This document shows positions 17,380-25,665 of a stretch of DNA of 55,471 bases, one piece after another (positions within the stretch are counted from its first letter, which is position 1; each line of letters begins with the position of its first letter). Where the stretch lies: the NCBI GenBank assembly GCA_944391725.1, contig CALXUQ010000003.1, positions 1-55,471 of the forward strand, read 5' to 3'. This stretch comes from an uncultured Alphaproteobacteria bacterium (GTDB lineage: Bacteria; Pseudomonadota; Alphaproteobacteria; RF32; CAG-239). The notes under the pieces are model-generated. The model ran no database searches. It was not told the DNA's origin and saw only the letters and a program-made list of their open reading frames with translations. Made by a program: the position numbers and the translations under genes.

Positions 17380-18966
17380 ATGAATAAAAAATTCAAAAAA
17401 ATCATAAGATTATCTCTTTACACTTTGCTGATAGTTGCGGTGATTGGCGGGGGGTACATCGCTTGGCAGAAATATCAGGATTATCTGCGTGAGGAAATAG
17501 CTCAAACCATGAGCATTGAGGGCGAGGAGTTTAGCTTTCAAAAACTCGGCGAAATGGCAAAGCGCCTTTCGCAAAGCGCTTATGTGGCGCCTTTAGATAA
17601 CTTGCCGCCGAGCGTGAAAAAACTCAATTATGACCAACACCGCGATATTCGGTTTGTGCGCAACAACGGTCCGTGGTATGGTAAAAATCTGCCCTTTGAG
17701 GTCCAGTTCTTCCATTTGGGGTCGCTGTTTCAAATCTCGGTGCCGATTAATGAAGTGATTAAAGGCAAAACTCGCCCGATTAAATATTCGGCGGCATATT
17801 TTGATTATGGCAAAAACAAAATTAACACCAACGAATTGGAAAATATCGGCTATGCCGGTTTTAGACTGCATTATCCGCTCAATACATCGGCCTACTATGA
17901 CGAGCTCATCTCGTTTTTGGGTGCAAGCTACTTCCGTGCCTTGGCGCAACACCAAAAATATGGTATCTCGGCACGCGGCCTGGCAATTGACACCGCCGTA
18001 CAAACCGGCGAAGAATTTCCGATTTTCAGAGAATTTTGGATTGAGCGTCCGACCCGTCGCGCCAAAGATGTTACTGTCTATGCCCTGCTTGATAGCCCCA
18101 GTGTGGCCGGAGCGTATAAATTTGTGATTACTCCCGGTGCACCAACCGTAATTGATGTGGAAACTCGGCTTTATCCAAGGAAAAAAATCAATAAACTCGG
18201 AATTGCACCGCTGACCTCCATGTATTTGTTTGGCGAAAACACCAAAAACAAATTTGATGATCATCGTCCGGAGGTTCATGACAGCGACGGGCTTTTGGTG
18301 CAAAACGGAGCCGGAGAATGGTTGTGGCGGCCGTTGGATAATTCCAAATATTTACGTATCAGCTCTTTTGTGGACAACAATCCTAAAGGTTTCGGTCTGT
18401 TGCAGCGTGACCGTGACCCGGCGCATTATCTCGATTTTGAAGCTTATTACGAACAGCGCCCAAGTGTGTGGGTGGAGCCAATCGGGGAATGGGGAAAAGG
18501 AAGTGTGGAGCTGGTGGAAATTCCTTCCATTCAGGAAATTCATGACAACATTGTAGCTTATTGGGTGCCAAAAAAATCTCCTGAGCCAGGGCAAGAATTA
18601 AACTATAAATATAAACTATACTGGTTTAACGATTTTCCAATCGCGACCAAGCCCGGGGCCGTGACCGCAACTTATACCGGTATCGGCGGGGTGTCGGGGA
18701 TGCTGGAGACAAACAAACGTAAGTTTGTGATTGATTTTGATATTCTCAACATGAAATCTGAGGTCGAAAAAGGAATTGCAACACTTGATGCCTCGGCCAG
18801 CGAAGGCAAAATCGTCGGCACTCATCTGGCGTATAATCCGCTGACCAAAGGGCTGACTGCTTATGTCGATTTTGAGCCCAACGGCAAAACTTCCGAACTC
18901 CGCGTTTCGGTGGTCAAAAAAGGCAAGCCTATCTCAGAGGTATGGAGCTATCAATGGTTACCCTAA
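17380..18966 (+). CDS. opgG: Periplasmic glucan biosynthesis protein G/D family
   Basis: YDQHRDIRF, FLGASYFRA, GISARGLAIDT, EEFPIFREFW, RPEVHDSDGL, EIHDNIVAYW, WSYQW motifs. Confidence 0.95.
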   Translation: MNKKFKKIIRLSLYTLLIVAVIGGGYIAWQKYQDYLREEIAQTMSIEGEEFSFQKLGEMAKRLSQSAYVAPLDNLPPSVKKLNYDQHRDIRFVRNNGPWYGKNLPFEVQFFHLGSLFQISVPINEVIKGKTRPIKYSAAYFDYGKNKINTNELENIGYAGFRLHYPLNTSAYYDELISFLGASYFRALAQHQKYGISARGLAIDTAVQTGEEFPIFREFWIERPTRRAKDVTVYALLDSPSVAGAYKFVITPGAPTVIDVETRLYPRKKINKLGIAPLTSMYLFGENTKNKFDDHRPEVHDSDGLLVQNGAGEWLWRPLDNSKYLRISSFVDNNPKGFGLLQRDRDPAHYLDFEAYYEQRPSVWVEPIGEWGKGSVELVEIPSIQEIHDNIVAYWVPKKSPEPGQELNYKYKLYWFNDFPIATKPGAVTATYTGIGGVSGMLETNKRKFVIDFDILNMKSEVEKGIATLDASASEGKIVGTHLAYNPLTKGLTAYVDFEPNGKTSELRVSVVKKGKPISEVWSYQWLP

Positions 18967-19403
18967 AAATCCAAAGCGGCGATGATATTATCCGAGCCTA
19001 TTTCAGTAATCTCGGATTTAGCGAAAAACAGCTGCCGGCTTTGACCCGCTTGATTGATGAGCGTTTTGGCAAAGTTCCGACGGATGGCGATGAGCTGGTG
19101 GCTTTTATTGATGCACAAGTTTTGCGCTTGGCTAAATCGGTGTTTCCACATTCGGTCTTGCCCGATGAGCAGCTTTTGGCACAGTTTCGTTTGATGTTTC
19201 TTCTTTGCAACGGAGCGCAAAAATGCACCGATGAAGTATTAAAAAATCATCGTCTGCCGGAAGGACTGGGGGAACAAATGCGCAGAGCATCTTTTGAAAC
19301 CGCACCGGGGTATTGTTTTTCGGATATGGTGCCCCAAAAAATTGAATCCCCCAAGCCTGCAAACTTTTTTCTTCATCTCTTTCATCGTGCCAAAAAGGAT
19401 TAA
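18954..19403 (+). CDS. Hypothetical protein between opgG and opgH
   Basis: ORF overlaps the opgG end and stops 6 bp before opgH; no signal peptide. Confidence 0.75.
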   Translation: MVTLKIQSGDDIIRAYFSNLGFSEKQLPALTRLIDERFGKVPTDGDELVAFIDAQVLRLAKSVFPHSVLPDEQLLAQFRLMFLLCNGAQKCTDEVLKNHRLPEGLGEQMRRASFETAPGYCFSDMVPQKIESPKPANFFLHLFHRAKKD

Positions 19404-19409
19404 GCTCTG

Positions 19410-21440
19410 ATGCAAAAATTTGTTCCCATATCGCCTAAACAAGTGCGCCGCCGCCGAGTGGTGGTTTTTGGGCTCATGATTTTGAGTACCTTGGTGGCAA
19501 CTCTTAAGTGGATGACAGTCATTCCTAGTGATTCAAGCATTTTTACCCAGCTATTGATGGTGATTTTGTTTATGCTCACGTTTGCTTGGATTGCACTGTT
19601 TTTCTGGTCGAGCATTTTGGGATTTTTTGAACTATGGAGAAAACGCAATGTACCGGGGATTCATTGGGTGGATGATGACACTAAGCTCTCAACCCGTACG
19701 GCTATTTTGATGCCGGTTTACAATGAATCGCCAACCAACGTATTTGCCAACTTATTAGCTATGGCCGAAGACCTCAAAAAAACCGGACAGGAAAAAGCTT
19801 TTGATATCTTTGTCTTAAGCGATACCACCAACCCCAAAGTTTGGGTGGAAGAAGAAAAAATTTGGCTGGAAGCACGTCAGTTGATGTCGCCTAACATAAA
19901 TTTATACTATCGACGCAGAGCCAAAAATATTGCTCGCAAAAGCGGAAATATTGAAGATTTTTGCAACAAGTGGGGCGCCAAATATGACTTTATGATTGTG
20001 CTTGATGCCGATAGTTTGCTCTCAGGGAAAACCATGCTGACCATGGCGCAACTGATGGAAGACAACCCCGAAACCGGAATTATTCAGGCGCCGCCGATGT
20101 GTATTAACCGCAACTCCTTGTTTGCGCGCATTCAGCAATTTGCCGGCAAAGTCTATGGGCCGATTGTGTCTGCCGGTTTGGCTTATTGGCAGGTCGGCGA
20201 CAGCAACTACTGGGGGCACAACGCAATTATTCGGGTCAAGGCCTTTATGGAATGTTGCAAATTGCCGGTTTTAAGCGGGAGAGCTCCGTTTGGTGGGCAT
20301 ATTTTGAGCCACGATTTTGTGGAGGCGGCCCTCATTCGCCGCGGAGGGTGGTCGGCTTGGTTGCTGCCGGAACTAAAAGGAAGTTTTGAGGAATGTCCGC
20401 CGACGATGATTGATTTTGCCATTCGTGACCGTCGTTGGTGTCAGGGCAATATGCAGCACATCAAAGTACTGATTTCCAAAGGATTGCACCCCGTTAGCCG
20501 CGTGCATTTCACGATTGGGATTATGTCTTATCTCTCCTCGCCGATTTGGCTCTGCTTCTTGCTTGTCGGCCTGATGACGGCGCTCGGACGCGAAATTTTT
20601 CCGCCGACATATTTTCCGCAATCTTACACTTTGTTTCCGGAATGGCCGATTTTTGATAAAATCGGAACGATTGCGTTATTTATCCTCTCGATGTTTATGC
20701 TGATTTTTCCAAAGTTTTTGGGACTTATTATCTATCTAAAGGAAAACAAAGCTAATGAAATCGGCGGAATTTGCGGCGCCATAAAAAGTGTGTTGGCCGA
20801 AATTATATTCAGTGCCTTATCAGCTCCGATTATGATGATGTTTCAAAGCAAATTTGTATTTGATATTTTTGCCGGTATTGATGCCGGATGGAACACCCAA
20901 AACCGTGAAGATTCCGGCACTCCGTTCAAGCAAGCCTTTGAGCGCCATTTTTGGCACACCCTGCTTGGTATTGCCACTACCATCATTGTCTGGAACTATG
21001 CGCACGCACTGTTTTGGTGGATGCTCCCTATCACGGTCGGGTTGATGCTCTCTATCCCGATTTCAATGTTCTCTTCTCGCGAAAGCAACGGAATTGCCGC
21101 CCGCAAGCACAAATTCTTCATCATTCCCGAAGAGGTGAATATTCCCGAAATCTTGAAAGAAGCCAAAGCTTATTTGGCAATTTTGCAAAAAATATCTCTT
21201 GATAACTGCGGGGTGGAGGCAATTGTAACCGAGCCCAGGCTTAATGCTTTGCATATTTTGATGCTGCCGATTAACGGGCCGGCGCCCGAATTTAGCGCCA
21301 AAACCCTAGAAATGGCGCAGATTAAGCTCGAGAACTTTATCAACCATATGCTAAAAATGGAACTCACCAAAGAAGAAGAAATTGCTTTGCTTTATAGTCC
21401 GCAAATCTTACGCAAAGCTTGTTTGGCGTTGGCAATCTAG
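19410..21440 (+). CDS. opgH: Glucans biosynthesis glucosyltransferase H (GT2)
   Basis: TAILMPVYNE, LSDT, RKSGNI, LDADS, YWGHNAIIR, SHDFVEA, RDRRWCQGN motifs. Confidence 0.96.
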   Translation: MQKFVPISPKQVRRRRVVVFGLMILSTLVATLKWMTVIPSDSSIFTQLLMVILFMLTFAWIALFFWSSILGFFELWRKRNVPGIHWVDDDTKLSTRTAILMPVYNESPTNVFANLLAMAEDLKKTGQEKAFDIFVLSDTTNPKVWVEEEKIWLEARQLMSPNINLYYRRRAKNIARKSGNIEDFCNKWGAKYDFMIVLDADSLLSGKTMLTMAQLMEDNPETGIIQAPPMCINRNSLFARIQQFAGKVYGPIVSAGLAYWQVGDSNYWGHNAIIRVKAFMECCKLPVLSGRAPFGGHILSHDFVEAALIRRGGWSAWLLPELKGSFEECPPTMIDFAIRDRRWCQGNMQHIKVLISKGLHPVSRVHFTIGIMSYLSSPIWLCFLLVGLMTALGREIFPPTYFPQSYTLFPEWPIFDKIGTIALFILSMFMLIFPKFLGLIIYLKENKANEIGGICGAIKSVLAEIIFSALSAPIMMMFQSKFVFDIFAGIDAGWNTQNREDSGTPFKQAFERHFWHTLLGIATTIIVWNYAHALFWWMLPITVGLMLSIPISMFSSRESNGIAARKHKFFIIPEEVNIPEILKEAKAYLAILQKISLDNCGVEAIVTEPRLNALHILMLPINGPAPEFSAKTLEMAQIKLENFINHMLKMELTKEEEIALLYSPQILRKACLALAI

Positions 21441-21445
21441 AAAAA

Positions 21446-21845
21446 GGGCAGCCTATAAGCCGGGTTCTGTATCATATTTGCTTTATCTTGCGACAAAGAT
21501 TTATGATGATAGCCATTCATCTGGGCCGGGTTTTGCAACCAGGCTCGGCGCGACCTACCTCTGGAAGGAGTGGGAACTCTCCTATACTAAATTTCAAAAG
21601 AAATTTGTCCTAACTTGGTCTTGCTTCAGACAGGGTTTGCCTGGACCATCCTTGTTACCAAGAATGCGGTGAGCTCTTACCTCGCCTTTTCAACCTTACC
21701 TTCCGTGTAGAAAGGCGGTAATTTTCTGCGGTACTTTCCCTTGGGTTTCCCCAGCCAGACGTTATCTGGTGCCTTGTTCCCTTGAAGCCCGGACTTTCCT
21801 CACAAGTGGATTTTCCTTTCCGTTGCGCGGCTATCCGGCCACCCG
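21446..21845 (-). ncRNA. rnpB: RNase P RNA, bacterial type A
   Basis: Minus strand GAGGAAAGTCCGGGC near the 5' end and ACAGAACCCGGCTTATA near the 3' end; P1 pairing GGGTGGCC/GGCTGCCC; ends approximate. Confidence 0.95.
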
Positions 21846-21990
21846 TTTGGTACTTTACCCATTATCAATTTTTTTTGCAAGAAAAATTTATCCACATTTC
21901 CGAGGCAGTAGAATCTATATATTGTATATTTTTACATACGACATACAGCATCTTGTCGCCACTCAAAAAAAGTTTAAAATTTATAAATTT

Positions 21991-22024
21991 TCCCATTGCA
22001 TCCCATAAAATCCCATGTTATACC
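21991..22024 (+). promoter_or_regulatory. mraZ promoter with three 10-bp-period TCCCAT repeats (putative MraZ boxes)
   Basis: TCCCAT at 21991, 22001 and 22011, overlapping TTGCAT-17 nt-TATACC. Confidence 0.7.
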
Positions 22025-22054
22025 ATAGATAGTGGTGGTGAAATAGGGGGCAAA

Positions 22055-22528
22055 ATGAGAAGTAATTTTCTCTTTTTAGATACAATAATCAACAAGGTAG
22101 ACGCCAAAGGCCGCGTTTCCTTGCCCTCAGATTACCGCGCAATAGTTAAAGAAACGTCAAGCGAAATTGTCTGCTATCGGAGCCTTACTTCTCCTTGCAT
22201 TGAGGGTTGTTTGGAAGATTTGCTGGATAAGCTGGCTACCGAAATCGAAACCTCGACTGATTTTTTCTCTCAGACCCAAGATGATTTGACCAACCTCATT
22301 TTTGGTGATGCCAAACGTTTTCCGTTTGACAGCACCGGTCGCATCGGATTGACCGAAAAACTCCTCAAGCACGCCAATATTACCGACACGGCCGTATTTG
22401 TCGGGAAAGGCCGCAAATTTCAAATTTGGAACCCCGAAAACTGGGAAAAAGAAGAAGCGCGTATCCGAGCCGAAGTGCTCAAAAATCGGCCGGTGCTCCG
22501 CCCTGCCCCCAAAGAGGAGAATAAGTGA
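22055..22528 (+). CDS. mraZ: Division/cell wall cluster transcriptional repressor MraZ
   Basis: NKVDAKGRVSLP, FDSTGRIGL, FVGKGRKFQIWNP; start ATG 22055 chosen over the longer ORF-track start. Confidence 0.95.
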   Translation: MRSNFLFLDTIINKVDAKGRVSLPSDYRAIVKETSSEIVCYRSLTSPCIEGCLEDLLDKLATEIETSTDFFSQTQDDLTNLIFGDAKRFPFDSTGRIGLTEKLLKHANITDTAVFVGKGRKFQIWNPENWEKEEARIRAEVLKNRPVLRPAPKEENK

Positions 22529-23448
22529 TGATTCCCGGTGGCTATGACAAACATTTTCCGGTGATGCTCCAAGAGGTACTAACCTCGCTTGCTCCTCAGG
22601 ACGGGAAAACCTATGTCGATGCCACTTTTGGAAACGGCGGCTACAGCGAAGCTATTCTCAAGGCGGCAAACTGCAATCTCATCGCGCTTGACCGTGACCC
22701 CAATGTGCTGCCCCGCGCCGAAGAGTTCAAACAAAAATATGGCAGTCGCTTCCGTTTTATTTCAGGTTGTTTCGGCGATTTTGAAACATTGGTTAATCAG
22801 CCGATTGACGGCGCCGTATTTGATATCGGGGTGTCTTCAATGCAGCTTGACCAAGCTGAGCGCGGTTTCTCCTTTGGTAAAGATGCTCCTTTAGATATGC
22901 GGATGTCTTGTAATGGTCAAACCGCTGCAGATTTAGTGAATTCACTGTCGGAACAGGAGTTGGCCGACCTCATTTACCAATATGGCGAAGAACGAAAATC
23001 GCGTCAGATTGCCAATAAAATCGTGAACTTCCGCAAAACCAAACCCATTGAAACCACTCGCGAACTGGCGGAGATTATTTATTCCGTCATTCATAAAACT
23101 CCCAACAGCATTGATCCGGCAACCCGTACTTTTCAAGCCTTGCGGATTGCGGTTAATGATGAACTAGGCGAACTTAAGAGAGGGTTGCAAGGTGCAGCTC
23201 ATCTCCTTAAACCCCAAGGGCGTTTGGTGGTGGTGAGTTTTCATTCCTTGGAGGATAGAATTGTAAAATCTTTCTTCAAAGAAAACACGGGGAAGAACCA
23301 GCATGTTTCAAAATATGCCACTTCTCCAAAAACAACTGACAGCAATATCTTTGCTAACTGCTCCAAAGCAATTGAGCCTTCTCAGGAAGAGACAAAGCTC
23401 AATAAGCGTTCGCGGTCGGCGAAATTGAGATTTGCGGTCAAAAAGTAA
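22525..23448 (+). CDS. rsmH: 16S rRNA C1402 N4-methyltransferase
   Basis: HFPVMLQE, VDATFGNGGYS, DIGVSSMQLD, ATRTFQALRIAVNDEL, FHSLEDR, RSRSAKLR. Confidence 0.97.
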   Translation: MMIPGGYDKHFPVMLQEVLTSLAPQDGKTYVDATFGNGGYSEAILKAANCNLIALDRDPNVLPRAEEFKQKYGSRFRFISGCFGDFETLVNQPIDGAVFDIGVSSMQLDQAERGFSFGKDAPLDMRMSCNGQTAADLVNSLSEQELADLIYQYGEERKSRQIANKIVNFRKTKPIETTRELAEIIYSVIHKTPNSIDPATRTFQALRIAVNDELGELKRGLQGAAHLLKPQGRLVVVSFHSLEDRIVKSFFKENTGKNQHVSKYATSPKTTDSNIFANCSKAIEPSQEETKLNKRSRSAKLRFAVKK

Positions 23449-23474
23449 CACGAGAACCAGAAAGGAAACGTGAC

Positions 23475-23861
23475 ATGAATAGTACAAAATCAGCAACTTT
23501 AGCCTTGTGGCTGACCCTAACCTTTTTGCTCGGCTCGGGACTGTTGGTGATGAAAAACCAAGTGCAAACTTTGGAAAACCGTTTGGTGAGTATCAATAAA
23601 GATATTGAAACCGATATCAAAACCATTCATATTCTACAAGCTGAATGGAGCCATTTGAACTCGCCGTCAAGACTGCGAAAACTCGCCGAAAAACATATTT
23701 TGCTAAATCCTATCCGAGCTGAACAAATTATTAACTATTCTCAGGTACCATTTGAGTATGAGAATAGCGAATCTGACAAACGGCGCTTGGCTCAGAAAAA
23801 TATTGCCGATTATGCGGCAAAAAATAAGGAACTTAAGCGTTTGGCAAGAGCTCAAAGATAA
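23475..23861 (+). CDS. ftsL: Cell division protein FtsL (alphaproteobacterial type)
   Basis: Single TM then coiled coil, LQAEWSHLNSPSRL; position between rsmH and ftsI. Confidence 0.85.
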   Translation: MNSTKSATLALWLTLTFLLGSGLLVMKNQVQTLENRLVSINKDIETDIKTIHILQAEWSHLNSPSRLRKLAEKHILLNPIRAEQIINYSQVPFEYENSESDKRRLAQKNIADYAAKNKELKRLARAQR

Positions 23862-23916
23862 TATAACAAACAGAACTAAACAATAACACAAATTATAGTG
23901 GCAGAAGCAACGAATT

Positions 23917-25665
23917 ATGTGGGGAAAGTATTTTTCTAGAGAAGGCCGGGATAATTTTTATATGCCCGGACAAGAAATAAAAATCGGGAGAAGTGCGGCT
24001 CTCAGGAACTTGACATGCGAGAAAGACCCCTTGTCGACCTGTCGAGTACGGGTGCTCGTGGCCGTGATGGGCTTTATGTTTGTATATTTAGTGATTGCTC
24101 TCAGACTATTTGATGTGTGTGTGGTGGAAAATTTGCATTCGGAAAGAAATGTGGCCGAAGCTCCCAGTCTTGAAGTGATGCCTGATAGTCCGATTAAGCG
24201 CGCCGATATTACTGACCGCAACGGCGCTATCATTGCTACCTCACTTCCTACCGTTAACCTATTTGCAAACCCCAAAAAAATCTTAAACCCGCAGAAAGCT
24301 GCCGTAGAATTGGCTCGTATCTTACCTGATCTGCGCTATGAAGACATTTTATCCAAACTCAAACGGCGCGGCAGTTTTGTTTATATCAAACGCAACCTCA
24401 CTCCTTCTCAACAATATCAAATCAATTATCTCGGAATTCCGGGGCTGGAATTTGAACAGGGTGAAAAACGTATTTATCCCCACAAAAACTTGTTTGCTCA
24501 TGTGATTGGCAACACCAACATTGATAATATCGGTATCTCGGGCTTGGAGAAAAAGCTTGACGAACGTCTGACCCACTCGGACATTCCGCTAAAACTTTCC
24601 ATTGATTTGGGGGTACAAGACACTATTCGCGAGATTTTGGCTCAAGGAATGCAAAAATTTAGTGCCAACGGCGCAACGGCAATTTTGATGGATGTGAACA
24701 CCAGCGAAATTTTGGCTATGGTTTCTCTGCCCGACTTTGACCCCAACCGCACTCAAAACCCCGGTTCGAAAGCTCAGTTTAATATGGCGACCAAAGGGGT
24801 GTATGAGCCGGGATCTGTGCTCAAAGTGTTTAATACCGCTATGTCTTTGGAGAGCGGCAAAGTCAAGGTGGCCGATACTTTTGATGCAACTCAGCCGCTC
24901 AAGCTCAAATACAACGTCATTAAAGATTATCGCGGCGAAAATCGCTGGCTCTCGGTACCCGAAATTTTAATCTATTCTTCTAACATCGGCTCGGCTCGTA
25001 TGGCGTTTAAGGCAGGCGGCGACGAACAAAGAGAATTTATGCGCAAAATCGGGTTCTTCCAAGAACTACCGATTGAAGTACCCGAAAAAGGCAAACCCCT
25101 CGTGCCAAAACGCTGGGGCGAAGGAACCATTGCAACCGTTGCTTTTGGCTATGGATTAGCAGTCACTCCTTTACACGTTATCACGGCTTTTTCGGCGATG
25201 GTAAACGGCGGAATTTATCACGATCCGACGCTAATTAAAAAAGAGCAAAATGATGACGGCCGCAGAGTGATTTCTTATAACACATCACAATCTATGCGCA
25301 AGCTCTTGCGTTTGGTGGTGGTGGAAGGTTCGGGCAAACGGGCCAATGTCAAAGGTTATGAAGTGGCCGGCAAAACCGGTACGGCTAACAAACTTTCGGC
25401 AGAAGGGAAATATGTCGACAAAAAAGTGCGCACAACCTTTGTTTCGGCTTTTCCGATTTCTAACCCCAAATACGCTCTGCTGTTGATGCTTGATGAACCT
25501 AAACCAACCAAAGAAACTTGGGGCTTTGTAACATCTGGTTGGAACAGCGTGCCAACAGGGGGAAAAATCATTGAGGCAATTGCTCCGCAACTCAACCTCA
25601 AAGCCAATTATGACCTTGATGAATTGCGCCAAGAGCGGATTATTGAAGCCTCTTACAGCCGCTAG
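23917..25665 (+). CDS. ftsI: Peptidoglycan transpeptidase PBP3
   Basis: RADITDRNG, RIYP, SxxK (SVLK), SxN (SSN), KTG motifs. Confidence 0.95.
   Translation: MWGKYFSREGRDNFYMPGQEIKIGRSAALRNLTCEKDPLSTCRVRVLVAVMGFMFVYLVIALRLFDVCVVENLHSERNVAEAPSLEVMPDSPIKRADITDRNGAIIATSLPTVNLFANPKKILNPQKAAVELARILPDLRYEDILSKLKRRGSFVYIKRNLTPSQQYQINYLGIPGLEFEQGEKRIYPHKNLFAHVIGNTNIDNIGISGLEKKLDERLTHSDIPLKLSIDLGVQDTIREILAQGMQKFSANGATAILMDVNTSEILAMVSLPDFDPNRTQNPGSKAQFNMATKGVYEPGSVLKVFNTAMSLESGKVKVADTFDATQPLKLKYNVIKDYRGENRWLSVPEILIYSSNIGSARMAFKAGGDEQREFMRKIGFFQELPIEVPEKGKPLVPKRWGEGTIATVAFGYGLAVTPLHVITAFSAMVNGGIYHDPTLIKKEQNDDGRRVISYNTSQSMRKLLRLVVVEGSGKRANVKGYEVAGKTGTANKLSAEGKYVDKKVRTTFVSAFPISNPKYALLLMLDEPKPTKETWGFVTSGWNSVPTGGKIIEAIAPQLNLKANYDLDELRQERIIEASYSR

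Noticed and set aside
17593-18303. 236-aa antisense ORF, and similar ones opposite mscS (13049-13726) and flhA (30328-30879)
   Set aside because: Shadows of well-supported genes, with no SD or family motifs.
21382-22054. ORFs at 21382-21672, 21419-21613, 21769-22008 and the 5' extension of mraZ from 21782
   Set aside because: They overlap rnpB and the promoter region; MraZ homology begins at ATG 22055.
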